DNA of 64,000 nucleotides, from positions 1-64,000 of the IMG/VR virus record IMGVR_UViG_3300028920_001945, one strand, 5' to 3'. The notes under the pieces were generated by a model. The model had not been told where the DNA came from and did not search any database. It saw nothing but the letters and a program-made list of their open reading frames with translations. Shown here one piece after another: positions 19,092 to 29,080 of this stretch (within the stretch, counting starts at the first letter, position 1; every line of letters starts with the position of its first letter). The position numbers and the translations under genes are program-made. Origin of the DNA: a virus (lineage: Duplodnaviria; Heunggongvirae; Uroviricota; Caudoviricetes).

Positions 19092-19400
19092 ATGACTGAA
19101 AAAAAATTAGAAACTCTAGAAGAAATTCAGGATGAAATGAAAACACTATCAAGAAAGAGAGACCTTGCTATCATTGAAGCAGATAAATATCAAAAATCAT
19201 TACAAGAATTATCAGTAAAATTCCTTGAAATACATCCGGACTTTATTAAGATTAAATGCTTAACCTGTGGTGGTAAGGGTTATATAGCTGCAGATGATGG
19301 CAAAAAGAAAATTTGTATGAATCCAAACTTCCCACTATTATCATGTGGTGGTAAGGGCTATATTATGCTAGAAAAATATAAGGAAGAAAAAAAGGAATAG
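19092..19400 (+). CDS. hypothetical protein with DnaJ-type CxxCxGxG zinc-finger-like repeats
   Basis: CLTCGGKGYI and LSCGGKGYI repeats. Confidence 0.45.
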   Translation: MTEKKLETLEEIQDEMKTLSRKRDLAIIEADKYQKSLQELSVKFLEIHPDFIKIKCLTCGGKGYIAADDGKKKICMNPNFPLLSCGGKGYIMLEKYKEEKKE

Positions 19401-19405
19401 ATATA

Positions 19406-20077
19406 ATGGCAAGAGAAACAGTAAACCCTTTTAATATGAAGAAGTCAGAACTTCTTGAATTATTTAAGGGTAGGTGTAAACATGGACATACATATGCTGA
19501 ACATCCAGCATGTTATGTTAAGGAAAAAGAAGAGCAGATAAAGATAGGTTATCTAGATATAGAGACCTCAAATCTGAAAGCTAACTTTGGTATAATGTTA
19601 AGTTATGCTATCAAGGTAAGAGGAAAAGATAAAATATATTATGATACCATAACCAAAAAAGAGATAGATAGTAAGACTCTAGATAAGAGATTAGTAAAGC
19701 AATGTATCGAAGACATGAAAAAATTTGATGTTGTAATGGGATATTACTCAACTAAATTTGATATACCATTCTTGAGAACTAGAGCTATGTATTGGGATTT
19801 AGAGTTTCCATTATATGGTGAATTACAACACAAAGATATCTGGTATATGGTAAGAGCTAAGATGTGTCTTCATAGTAATAGACTCGAATCAGCCTGTAAG
19901 CATCTTGGTATAGAAGGAAAAACACATCTAGATGGTTATTATTGGATAAAGGCTTTATCTGGAGATAAGAAAGCTTTAAGCTATATATTGGACCATAATA
20001 TAAAGGATGTAGAAATATTAGAAAAGTTACATGATAGAGTAAAGGACTTTGTCAGAGATACAACAAGATCTTTATAG
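19406..20077 (+). CDS. DEDD-type 3'-5' exonuclease (RNase H-like fold)
   Basis: Exo I YLDIETS, Exo II YYSTKFDIPFL, Exo III-like H-x4-D (HNIKDVE). Confidence 0.6.
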   Translation: MARETVNPFNMKKSELLELFKGRCKHGHTYAEHPACYVKEKEEQIKIGYLDIETSNLKANFGIMLSYAIKVRGKDKIYYDTITKKEIDSKTLDKRLVKQCIEDMKKFDVVMGYYSTKFDIPFLRTRAMYWDLEFPLYGELQHKDIWYMVRAKMCLHSNRLESACKHLGIEGKTHLDGYYWIKALSGDKKALSYILDHNIKDVEILEKLHDRVKDFVRDTTRSL

Positions 20078-20086
20078 GTAGATAAA

Positions 20087-20296
20087 ATGAAAAAATTTCC
20101 CAGAGAAAAATATACCTTACAAGCATATGAAAATGAGAGATACTCCCTAGTAATAACTAAAGATGAAAAAAACATAAAGACTAATAAAATTGAGTATAGT
20201 GATAACTGGGAAGAACTATATGCAAAAGCAAAAAAGGAATCTGAAAAGGGAAATGAATGTGAAATTTGGGAGTTGAAATTTGAATTCTTTCCATAA
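20087..20296 (+). CDS. hypothetical protein
   Basis: 69 aa. Confidence 0.4.
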   Translation: MKKFPREKYTLQAYENERYSLVITKDEKNIKTNKIEYSDNWEELYAKAKKESEKGNECEIWELKFEFFP

Positions 20297-20600
20297 AATA
20301 AAAAATAAACTTCCATTTTTGAATTCTATAATATCCTATATAATTAATATAAATAATAAAAAGATTCCGAAATGTAACTATGAAGGAAAATGTAGGGGTA
20401 AGGCCTTTGTAGAAGTATATCCTTATACTGATACAGCAATTGACGAGGATACTGGAGATATATATAAAACTCCCTATATATTTAGTGGCACTTGGTCTTA
20501 TCTGTGTTTTAAACACTTCATTAAATTTAAATTTGAGAGAGATAAATTTCTTTGGAGAGAAGCAAGAGAATTAAAGGAATTGGAGAAAGAAGATGAATAG
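20280..20600 (+). CDS. hypothetical protein
   Basis: 106 aa. Confidence 0.4.
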   Translation: MNSFHKIKNKLPFLNSIISYIININNKKIPKCNYEGKCRGKAFVEVYPYTDTAIDEDTGDIYKTPYIFSGTWSYLCFKHFIKFKFERDKFLWREARELKELEKEDE

Positions 20601-20898
20601 AGAAGAAAGACCTCCTTGGAATCATATAGTAATAGAAGGATTCTGTTTGAGAGGATTATCTGAAAAAAGACATAAATATAATTATAAGGTTATAGACTCT
20701 AAAGAATTTAAAACAGAAAGAATTGATAATCCACATTATGATCCAAATTATAAAATGCCTAGAAGACCATCTTACTGCAAAAGAAAAATATGTTATACTT
20801 GCTTAGTAAATAATTGTCCTCATTTTGGATATTCAGAATGTGAGAAAGATGAAGAAGAAGAAATAATGAGATTTATAGCTGATATGTATGATGATTGA
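20593..20898 (+). CDS. hypothetical Cys-rich protein
   Basis: CYTCLVNNCPHFGYSEC cluster. 101 aa. Confidence 0.4.
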   Translation: MNREERPPWNHIVIEGFCLRGLSEKRHKYNYKVIDSKEFKTERIDNPHYDPNYKMPRRPSYCKRKICYTCLVNNCPHFGYSECEKDEEEEIMRFIADMYDD

Positions 20899-21796
20899 TA
20901 TGAGAGATTTGTTAGATGTTCCATTTGGAACTAGATTTGTTGGTTACTATGGTAAAGGATATGGTAATCAAATACCAGTATCAAATGGAAAACAAATAAG
21001 AGAAATAGTTGAAGAACATCTTGGATTAGATAATATAGCTATATCTATAAGTACCTATAAAAATAGAAGACCTCATCTATTGTTTCTACCATTTGACTTT
21101 GATTCAGATAACTTAAAAGATGCATGGAAGGATGCTGTAAAATTATATAAGCATGTAATTAAGAGTGGTTATGGAGCTTATCTAGTTTTTTCAGGAAGAA
21201 AAGGATTTCATGTATTGATTACAACCAAACCTAATGTCTATACAAAAAGACAAGTAAGGTCAGCTCAAAAGATGTTTAAAGGAATGATGAACCTTAAGAC
21301 ATTAGATGAACAAATATTTGGGGATGTTAGAAGATTAATGAGGATACCTTGGACATATAATATATATGGTAGTTTATGTAAAGTGATAGCAAGTAATGAA
21401 GGGATAGAACTAGATTTAGATGAGATATATATAGATAACATAACGGATAAGGATATTGAGTTTGACTTTAAACCAGATAGAACTTATCACGATTATCCTT
21501 GTATAGAATCTCTTGTTAGGTCTGATCCTGAACCAAGACATTTAATTAGATTTACATTTGTAGTCCTTCGATTATCAGAAGGATACGATATTGAAGATAT
21601 ACTGGATGAAATAGAATCCTTCGATTGGGTCGATTTTGACGAAGATTATACGAGAAAACAAATAGAGCATATTATAGGTAGAGGATATGTACCTCCATCT
21701 TGCAATACTCTAAGAGACTTAGGGTATTGTAATGTAGAGGATTGTCCTTATACTAATGATATGAAAACTAATTTAGAGGAGTTAGGAATAAAATGA
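20888..21796 (+). CDS. archaeo-eukaryotic primase (AEP/PrimPol small-subunit-like)
   Basis: Motif I FDFDSD, motif II FSGRKGFHVLI (sGxxGxH) and motif III RLMRIPWTYN. Confidence 0.8.
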   Translation: MMIDMRDLLDVPFGTRFVGYYGKGYGNQIPVSNGKQIREIVEEHLGLDNIAISISTYKNRRPHLLFLPFDFDSDNLKDAWKDAVKLYKHVIKSGYGAYLVFSGRKGFHVLITTKPNVYTKRQVRSAQKMFKGMMNLKTLDEQIFGDVRRLMRIPWTYNIYGSLCKVIASNEGIELDLDEIYIDNITDKDIEFDFKPDRTYHDYPCIESLVRSDPEPRHLIRFTFVVLRLSEGYDIEDILDEIESFDWVDFDEDYTRKQIEHIIGRGYVPPSCNTLRDLGYCNVEDCPYTNDMKTNLEELGIK

Positions 21797-22053
21797 AAGA
21801 TGAAATAAGATTAGAAAGAACCTGTTTTGCATGTCCAGAACAATATGAGGCTTTTATAGGAAAAAAACAAGTAGGATATCTCAGATTAAGACATGGATAC
21901 TTCTATGTCTCTTATCCAGATTGTAATGATAATATAATATATGATTCATATACAAAGGGAGATGGGATATTTACTGAAGATGAAAGAGATTACTTTTTAA
22001 ACCAAGCCAAAAATGCAATTTATTTAAAATTAAAGGAGGAAAAGAATGAGTGA
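21793..22053 (+). CDS. hypothetical protein
   Basis: 86 aa, coupled to the primase stop. Confidence 0.45.
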   Translation: MKDEIRLERTCFACPEQYEAFIGKKQVGYLRLRHGYFYVSYPDCNDNIIYDSYTKGDGIFTEDERDYFLNQAKNAIYLKLKEEKNE

Positions 22054-22183
22054 ATATTGTGAGATATGCGGAGATGAATTACAAACAGAGGAAGAAATAT
22101 TATCTGGAGTTTGTGATAATTGCTCCTCTACACTAATGAATGATGAATATGAAGAAGAGCAACTATTTAATGAGGACCTATAG
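22046..22183 (+). CDS. zinc-ribbon mini-protein (45 aa), absent from the ORF track
   Basis: ATG 22046 overlaps the upstream stop. CEICG...CDNC. TAG at 22181-22183 abuts the next ATG. Confidence 0.35.
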   Translation: MSEYCEICGDELQTEEEILSGVCDNCSSTLMNDEYEEEQLFNEDL

Positions 22184-22432
22184 ATGAATATACCTTGGGA
22201 CGCAGTAATTATAATAGCAGTTGGAACACCACTAGGAATATGGTGGTATTTAGCACAAGTTAAGATACTTTGGAATTCAGTTCAAACCTTTAAAGCAGTT
22301 AAAAAATCTATGATGATGGGTCAATCCCCAGAAGAAATTAAAGAAGTTTTAGGGAGATTATTGGGGCATAGCCAACAAAGATCAAAGGAAAAGAAAGAGA
22401 AGAAAGAAGAAGATTGGAAAATGTATCAGTGA
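22184..22432 (+). CDS. hypothetical small membrane protein
   Basis: N-terminal TM helix and a basic KEKKEKKEE tail. Confidence 0.4.
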   Translation: MNIPWDAVIIIAVGTPLGIWWYLAQVKILWNSVQTFKAVKKSMMMGQSPEEIKEVLGRLLGHSQQRSKEKKEKKEEDWKMYQ

Positions 22433-22436
22433 TAAT

Positions 22437-24959
22437 ATGAAATTAGGATTTATACCTGATATGATGTCAGAAGATTTTGATGATGATGCTTTAGTATATA
22501 GTAATGATGAAGAATTCTATTATACTAAAAACTTTCCGAAAGATTTGCTTAAGGATATAGAAGAAAAACAGATTCAGATATATACTGGTTATTATGATCC
22601 TCCCACAAAAGGAACTAAGGACAGCCCAACTATATATTTATTAGGTAGAGGAAAGACTAGTGGAAAGTTTAAGCTTAAAATTCAAGGTTTCTATCCATAC
22701 TGTTATGTTAAATCTGATGAAGGAACATACAAGGATTACTTGGGAGAAACAGTAGAGAAATTAATCTTTAAAGGTATGCATCCAAGCAGAGTTGCCAACT
22801 TTAGAGACTTAAGAAGAAAGAAAGGATTTCCACTACCATATGAAGCCGATATATTATTTGTTAGACGATTCTTAATAGATATGTATGATAACTTTAAATC
22901 AAAGGAAATGATAGAACCTAAAATAGCTATCCTAGATATTGAGAATGACCATCCAGTATCCGATAGAATTATTGCTTATTCGATTAATGATCCAGATGAA
23001 GATATAGTATATGAAAGTAAATTTGATACAGAATATCCATCTGAGATGTCACTTAATATAATTGATATATTGGATAAATTTGATATTGTTACGGGATGGA
23101 ATATTAACTTTGATATAAAGGAAATAGAAAAAGACTTAGAAGAAATTAATAAATTTCTTGATTATGCAAGGTCAGGTTATGAATATAGTAAAGATAAATA
23201 TATAGAAGATTTCATTAAAACTAAAAGAAGATTTCCAGTAAATGAAATAAGATACATATTTGATATGCTTATAGATAAAAACTATCTTAAGATAGAGAAT
23301 GATGTTATTAAATTAGGATCAAGAAAGTTTTTACATGAAATAGAAAAACATATAGCGATATTGGATGCCCTTACAGTATCAAAAAAGATGTATGCTGTAG
23401 AGATAAGAGGTAAATGGAATCTAGGAAATGTAGGAACACAACTAGTAGGTTTAGATAAAATTCATCTAGGAGCTAAGAATATTAGAGATTTAGATGAAGA
23501 AGAATTAAAGGAATATAACATTAGAGATGTTATAATACCAGAATTAATTGATGAACTCTTAGGAGGAATTCAAGCTCATGTTATATTAAGTTGGGCTCTA
23601 CAAGCTATATTAAGAGATGTAGTTATTACGGCAGTAGTCAATGATATAGCATTACTGAGAGCCTATCATAAAGAAAGTATAGTATTACCCTCAAGACATT
23701 GGGATGAGACTGGAACAGAAGTTAAATATAAAGCAGCTGAACCTGATGCAAGACCTGGAGTATATGATGGATTAATTGTAACTGATTTAGTACATGCTTA
23801 TCCTTGGGCTGTTATATCCAAGAATGTATCTCCAGAAACTAAAGATGAAAGTGGAGAAAATATAGTTACCTATATAGGTAGAGAAGAAATTCCAAAGACA
23901 TTAAGATTTAATAATAATAGAAGTATATTTATAGAAACTCTCAAATCCATTATGGATGAGAGAAGTAAGATTAAAAAGAAATTGAAGAAGACCAATAAAG
24001 AGTCTGATGAATATAAAAGACTTAAGTCTATAGACTTTGCTCTAAAGACTCAAGCAGCTGCTTTCTCTCATGGGATATTTGGATGGGCTAATTCAAGAAT
24101 GAGAGATTATGAAGTAGCAGATGCAATTACAGGAATCGTAAGAGAATTAATTAATACCATTAAGGGAGCATGTGATAATATAGATAGACAATGGGTCTAT
24201 GTACATACAGATTCTTGTTTTGTTAATGCTCCTAAAGAAGAGATGGATAAAGTAATGGATTATCTTAATGATGTTATTACTAATTATAGTAAAGGTTCTA
24301 AGGTAATGCCTACCTTAGATGTTAAGGGTTATTATCCAATTGCCTATATACATTCTCCTGCAAGGAATGTATTAGTTCCAGAAGGAGTATCAGTTGATGA
24401 TGATGAACACTGGGAAGTAACTGGCTGTAATTTTATGAGGTCAGAAGTACCAGAAGAACTAGCTAATATAGAGATAGAATTAATAAAGAGGAAAATGAAA
24501 GGAGAACCATTAGATAATATTAAAAAGTATCTAAAGAAGAGAGTAAAGAAAATAGTAGAGATCGATAGTACTGAATTAGGATTAATAAAACCTCTGACAA
24601 AATCCATAAATGAATATGGAAGAGAATTAAAGGATGGCTCTTATGGAGGATATCCTGGTCATATAAATGCTCTCTTAAGAGCAAGAGATGAATTTGATTA
24701 TGATGTTGATGTCGGAGAAAAATTTATGGTATTACCCATATTAACAGATGAAACAACTGGAGTTAGAAAGATAAGAAGAAAGAAGGTTGATATTGCATTT
24801 CCAATAGAGACAGGATTACCAGAAAATTATATGATTGACTATGAATATTATCTAAGAAGTAATCTGTGGGGTAAAATCCATAATCTATTTGATCTTAAAC
24901 CAAGACAATTAGAAAAGGAAATAGTTGATGATGAGATTAAAACCTTATTTGAAATATAA
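22437..24959 (+). CDS. family-B DNA polymerase (divergent motifs)
   Basis: Exo I ILDIEND, Exo II GWNINFDIKE, Exo III YNIRD. Polymerase motif A-like DLVHAYPWA, motif B-like KTQAAAFSHGIFG, motif C VYVHTDSCF. 840 aa. Confidence 0.85.
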   Translation: MKLGFIPDMMSEDFDDDALVYSNDEEFYYTKNFPKDLLKDIEEKQIQIYTGYYDPPTKGTKDSPTIYLLGRGKTSGKFKLKIQGFYPYCYVKSDEGTYKDYLGETVEKLIFKGMHPSRVANFRDLRRKKGFPLPYEADILFVRRFLIDMYDNFKSKEMIEPKIAILDIENDHPVSDRIIAYSINDPDEDIVYESKFDTEYPSEMSLNIIDILDKFDIVTGWNINFDIKEIEKDLEEINKFLDYARSGYEYSKDKYIEDFIKTKRRFPVNEIRYIFDMLIDKNYLKIENDVIKLGSRKFLHEIEKHIAILDALTVSKKMYAVEIRGKWNLGNVGTQLVGLDKIHLGAKNIRDLDEEELKEYNIRDVIIPELIDELLGGIQAHVILSWALQAILRDVVITAVVNDIALLRAYHKESIVLPSRHWDETGTEVKYKAAEPDARPGVYDGLIVTDLVHAYPWAVISKNVSPETKDESGENIVTYIGREEIPKTLRFNNNRSIFIETLKSIMDERSKIKKKLKKTNKESDEYKRLKSIDFALKTQAAAFSHGIFGWANSRMRDYEVADAITGIVRELINTIKGACDNIDRQWVYVHTDSCFVNAPKEEMDKVMDYLNDVITNYSKGSKVMPTLDVKGYYPIAYIHSPARNVLVPEGVSVDDDEHWEVTGCNFMRSEVPEELANIEIELIKRKMKGEPLDNIKKYLKKRVKKIVEIDSTELGLIKPLTKSINEYGRELKDGSYGGYPGHINALLRARDEFDYDVDVGEKFMVLPILTDETTGVRKIRRKKVDIAFPIETGLPENYMIDYEYYLRSNLWGKIHNLFDLKPRQLEKEIVDDEIKTLFEI

Positions 24960-24976
24960 ATTAAAGGAGGAAATAT

Positions 24977-25504
24977 ATGTCTGATATAATGGAAAGTGAA
25001 AAGATTGGTGTTAGTGAAGTACTCACTATAGATGATGCCAAAAAGTTAAAGGGAGTAACAGGAGATAGAGCTAAAGAATTTGAGCAAGAAATATCAAGTA
25101 AACAAGACTTGTTATTCAAGGATATCTATTGTGTTACATTTGGATGGAAAGTCCAAGATGATGGCTCAAGAAAATTAGTATCCAAGATGCCTAATGGAAA
25201 AATATTATTTCCAGATAGGACAGAAGACATGCAAGAAATTGAACCTGGTACACCTTATATTTGTTTGATATACGAAAGAGAAAGAGAGGCATTTGCTAAA
25301 GTAGTATGTGAAGAATACCAACCTAAAATATTTGTGCCTTCATCCAAGATACCTCATATGGTATGGAGAGATGAAAAGGGAGTTATAAGAAGAAAAGCTC
25401 CATATGGAAATTCCTATGAAGACAGGATAGTATCCGCAGTAAAGGAAATGGAGAAGTTAGGTTTTCCATCCATAAAAATAATATTTAGAAAAAATCAAAG
25501 ATAA
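24977..25504 (+). CDS. hypothetical protein
   Basis: 175 aa with an AAAGGAGG SD. Confidence 0.45.
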   Translation: MSDIMESEKIGVSEVLTIDDAKKLKGVTGDRAKEFEQEISSKQDLLFKDIYCVTFGWKVQDDGSRKLVSKMPNGKILFPDRTEDMQEIEPGTPYICLIYEREREAFAKVVCEEYQPKIFVPSSKIPHMVWRDEKGVIRRKAPYGNSYEDRIVSAVKEMEKLGFPSIKIIFRKNQR

Positions 25505-25524
25505 ACTTAGGATAAAAGATAAAT

Positions 25525-25710
25525 ATGGCAAAAGATTGTTATTTATGCAAAAATAAGACAATATTCTATGTCTGGTCTACGTCAAGGAAATTCCCAATAA
25601 AGAAGCTAATAGAATATAAAAACCTAAAATCAAAATATGAATTAGCTGAGGTTTCAAAAGAAGGCCAACCGATATGTTTTAAATGTTTAGAAGAATTAAA
25701 AAAGATATAA
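25525..25710 (+). CDS. zinc-ribbon mini-protein
   Basis: CYLC...CFKC. Confidence 0.4.
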   Translation: MAKDCYLCKNKTIFYVWSTSRKFPIKKLIEYKNLKSKYELAEVSKEGQPICFKCLEELKKI

Positions 25711-25711
25711 A

Positions 25712-26677
25712 ATGACGCTGAGAATAGCAGTGCAATGTAGTTCCTTAGGAACTAGATGCGGTATAAATACCTATAGTAATAGACTCAATGAATATCTAAA
25801 TAAGATAGATGATGTTGAGTCTGTATGTTTCGTGAAAAGAGCAAGAAATTCACCACATGTAATTAGTGTTCAATATGAACCAGGCCTAATGCCTCCACAA
25901 TATTTACAAAAGTTAACCAATAAATATTCACAGCCTATTGTTGTAACAGCTCATCATATAGGTGTATTACCTCAATTCTATCCCTTATTGGATGGTATAG
26001 TATTACATTCAAAATCACAGGTAGAAGGATTAGAAGAGCCTTGGAGTTATAAAGTAATACCTCATCCAGCTATTGTATATCCAGAAAAGGGTATGTATAA
26101 GATGAGAGAAAAATACGGTTTACCTCAAGATAAAAAGATAATGGGAACAGCTGGTTTTATAGCTGGTACTGGTAAAAAATTACCAGGAATAGTTGAATAT
26201 CTATTGAAGGATCTTAATGATGATGAATTTCTATACTTAGCTACTTCTACCTGGAAGGGAGGAGATTTTGGTTTTGAAAAGGAAATTGAAAATATAGTTA
26301 AGGATAGTAGAAAGGAAGATCAATTTAGAATAGATACTGATTTTGTAACGGAAGAAACATTAAATGAAAAACTACAATGTTGTGACCTGTTATTTGCATG
26401 GAATAAATTTGATGCACCTGGATCAACATCTGGGATAGCTATGGATATGATAGGAGCTAGAAGAAAATTAATAGTAAAGGATTCTCCCCATTATTCATTT
26501 GCAGGATCAGTAGAAGGAGTTGAGAAAGGAAGTAGAAAACAAAAACAATTTGCAAAAGATGTCCTAAAAGTATTAAGAACTAAAGATTTAAAGAAAGTTC
26601 CTGACCCAGAACAATTTTCGTGGAAAAATCTTACTAAGGAATATGTAGATTACTTTAAGGAAGTAGTGGGATTATGA
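25712..26677 (+). CDS. putative divergent GT-B glycosyltransferase
   Basis: Weak GT4-like N-terminal (CGINTYSNRL) and C-terminal (STSGIAMDMIGARRKLIV) signatures. 321 aa. Confidence 0.45.
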   Translation: MTLRIAVQCSSLGTRCGINTYSNRLNEYLNKIDDVESVCFVKRARNSPHVISVQYEPGLMPPQYLQKLTNKYSQPIVVTAHHIGVLPQFYPLLDGIVLHSKSQVEGLEEPWSYKVIPHPAIVYPEKGMYKMREKYGLPQDKKIMGTAGFIAGTGKKLPGIVEYLLKDLNDDEFLYLATSTWKGGDFGFEKEIENIVKDSRKEDQFRIDTDFVTEETLNEKLQCCDLLFAWNKFDAPGSTSGIAMDMIGARRKLIVKDSPHYSFAGSVEGVEKGSRKQKQFAKDVLKVLRTKDLKKVPDPEQFSWKNLTKEYVDYFKEVVGL

Positions 26678-27966
26678 GTAAAGAAACAGTATTAATAGTA
26701 GGAGATTCCTTACAAGGCCCAACAGGTTTTGCTAATGATGGAATGGGTATATCATGGGGACTTGCTGAAGATTATGATGTTCATTATCTAGGCCTACAAT
26801 CCTTTAGGGATGAAAAAGTAAAAATAGGAATAGAAGGAAAACAAAGGACAGTTGTTCAGCATGCCAATATGCCTAGAGGAAAAGAGAGATGGGATTTTGG
26901 AAAAAGAAGTTTACCAAAGTTACTAGATAATCTAGAACCAGAAATATTATTAACAATAAATGATATACAGATGGTTCAACATGTACCTAGTGTTATGTGT
27001 GGAAATACAATTAAGGTTCAAGTTATGGATTTACCTTCTAAGAGGTTTATATCTAGAGATGCAATAATGATGCAAGTAGAAGGTGAATTACAAAAATTCA
27101 AAGAAAAATATCCTAGAGATACTAAATGGATCCAGTATGCACCTCAAGATGGTGTGCCTCCAATGGGTATATGGGAACAAATTTATAAAATGGCTGATCA
27201 ATGTGTGGCTATGTCAGATTTTGGAAAAGATGTATTCAAGAGATATTATAAAATGGATATCCCAAGAATATGGCATGGTGTTGATATAGATATATTTAAG
27301 AATGAAGAGAAACCAAAGGAATTAAAGGATAAATTTGTTGTTGGTAATATGAATAGAAACCAACCCAGAAAACAACCCGTTCGGACGATAGAAGCATTTG
27401 CTAAATTTGCTAAAGATAAAGATGATGTTTTATTACATATGCAGATGGATTGGAATGATGAGTTTGGATGGCCATTACAATATTTTATTCAGTTATATAA
27501 TGTAACTGGAAAAGTAATAGCACCCCAAAGAGTAGGAATGCCAAGAGAGCAAGTAGCTCAAGTATATAACATGTGGGATCTAAATCTCAATGCTACTGGT
27601 GGAGAAGGATTTGGATTAACTCATATTGAAGGTTTTGCATGTGGTTTACCATCCCTAGCTTGCGACTATACAACATCAAAGGAACTTATAATAGATGGAA
27701 AACCAGGGCCAAGAGGAAGTTTAATAAATACAGCTGATCTTCTATGGCAGAAAATGGATGTTGCAGCAGTACAACGTTCTCTAGTGGATACAGAAGACTT
27801 TGCAAAAATATTAAATAAATATTATTATAATAGAGATTTAGTAAGAGAACAAGGTAAACATGCTAGAGAATGGGTAGAGAAAAATTGTTCTTGGACCGTT
27901 ATAGGAAAACAATGGAATAAGCTAGTTAATAATGTATTAACTGGTGAAAATAATGCGTTACGCTGA
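26674..27966 (+). CDS. glycosyltransferase family 4 (GT-B, retaining)
   Basis: NATGGEGFGLTHIEGFACGLPSLACDY matches the GT4 EX7E region. Confidence 0.8.
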   Translation: MSKETVLIVGDSLQGPTGFANDGMGISWGLAEDYDVHYLGLQSFRDEKVKIGIEGKQRTVVQHANMPRGKERWDFGKRSLPKLLDNLEPEILLTINDIQMVQHVPSVMCGNTIKVQVMDLPSKRFISRDAIMMQVEGELQKFKEKYPRDTKWIQYAPQDGVPPMGIWEQIYKMADQCVAMSDFGKDVFKRYYKMDIPRIWHGVDIDIFKNEEKPKELKDKFVVGNMNRNQPRKQPVRTIEAFAKFAKDKDDVLLHMQMDWNDEFGWPLQYFIQLYNVTGKVIAPQRVGMPREQVAQVYNMWDLNLNATGGEGFGLTHIEGFACGLPSLACDYTTSKELIIDGKPGPRGSLINTADLLWQKMDVAAVQRSLVDTEDFAKILNKYYYNRDLVREQGKHAREWVEKNCSWTVIGKQWNKLVNNVLTGENNALR

Positions 27967-28096
27967 ATGTGAATGTAGAGAATGCGGTATGGAATTTAAG
28001 ATTGCATTCTCTGATAAAGTACCAAAAGTAATACATTGTCCAAGTTGTACAGGAATATTAATTAAATTTAATTGGATAGACAGAAATGGAATGTAG
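27953..28096 (+). CDS. zinc-ribbon mini-protein (47 aa), absent from the ORF track
   Basis: ATG 27953 overlaps the upstream stop. CECRECG...CPSC. Confidence 0.35.
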   Translation: MRYAECECRECGMEFKIAFSDKVPKVIHCPSCTGILIKFNWIDRNGM

Positions 28097-28283
28097 ATTT
28101 AAATGTAAGGATATAGTTTGTCCGAATTGTAATTCAGAATTAGAATTAGATGAAATAGACATACATTTTAATCTTAAAAATAAAATATCAAATAAGAATA
28201 AATGGTATGGAGCTGCAATGTTTAGATGTGTTAAATGCAATTCTGTTGTAGCTTTAAGAGGGACATGTGAGGTAAAGGAATGA
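28086..28283 (+). CDS. zinc-ribbon mini-protein
   Basis: CPNC...CVKC. Confidence 0.4.
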   Translation: MECRFKCKDIVCPNCNSELELDEIDIHFNLKNKISNKNKWYGAAMFRCVKCNSVVALRGTCEVKE

Positions 28284-28732
28284 ATATAATAGGAGCATTT
28301 GATAGAAGTAGAGCAAGTGAATTAGAACCAAGAGCAAATAGTGTTTTGATATGTATAACATCAGAAAGTTCTAAACATCCAAAGTTAAATAAGAAATGGT
28401 TAGAAATTCTATATTTAAAATTTGATGATGTTGAAGGAAGAGAGGCTGAAATAGGTTCAGCAGCAAACGTTATGCAAGATAAACATGCAGAGCAGATATT
28501 AGACTTTGCAGTTAAGCATATAGATAAAGATCTATTTATAAACTGCGATGCAGGATTATCTAGAAGTCCAGGAGTATTAGTAGCTCTAGAACAGATCTTC
28601 AACGGTCGAGACTTGTCTGAGGATTACAGATTCCATAACAAATTTGTAAAGAATAAGATAAGAGATATCTGGTTTAAGAGGATATGGTTTGGTAGGGAAA
28701 AGGATGATGAGGATGCCGGAGAAGAAGATTGA
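28280..28732 (+). CDS. dual-specificity/tyrosine protein phosphatase-like (CX5R)
   Basis: Active-site signature NCDAGLSRS (C-x5-R-S). Confidence 0.7.
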   Translation: MNIIGAFDRSRASELEPRANSVLICITSESSKHPKLNKKWLEILYLKFDDVEGREAEIGSAANVMQDKHAEQILDFAVKHIDKDLFINCDAGLSRSPGVLVALEQIFNGRDLSEDYRFHNKFVKNKIRDIWFKRIWFGREKDDEDAGEED

Positions 28733-28889
28733 AGTTGAAAATGGTCACATAGAGGATATATCAGAAGATACTGATGAGATACTAGAAGATACTTCTTCTA
28801 TTGATAAAAAGACTACATGGTTAATAGCTTTATGGATTATAGATAAAATAATAATGGCGTTACTTATAGTATTTTTAGGAAGATCATGA
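28689..28889 (+). CDS. hypothetical small membrane protein
   Basis: Acidic N-terminus and a C-terminal TM helix. Confidence 0.35.
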   Translation: MVGKRMMRMPEKKIEVENGHIEDISEDTDEILEDTSSIDKKTTWLIALWIIDKIIMALLIVFLGRS

Positions 28890-29080
28890 TTAGAAAAGAG
28901 CCTAAAAAGAAAAAGATAAATTGGAATGCTTTTAGAAAGAAATGCCCTGAATGTAAATCTACAGAATTAGAAAGAATAAATAAGTATAAAAAATCTTATG
29001 AGAAGATTAGAAATGAGTGGAAGGTTAAAGAACTTAGATTATATAAATGTAAAATTTGTGGTTATGAATTTTGGGAGTGA
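28886..29080 (+). CDS. zinc-ribbon mini-protein
   Basis: CPECKS...CKICGYEFWE. Confidence 0.4.
   Translation: MIRKEPKKKKINWNAFRKKCPECKSTELERINKYKKSYEKIRNEWKVKELRLYKCKICGYEFWE

Noticed and set aside
27083-27289. + strand 68-aa ORF in an alternative frame inside the GT4 gene; likewise 32562-32750 inside 32437-32757
   Set aside because: They are nested out-of-frame within longer ORFs that carry the conserved motifs, and have no independent start context.
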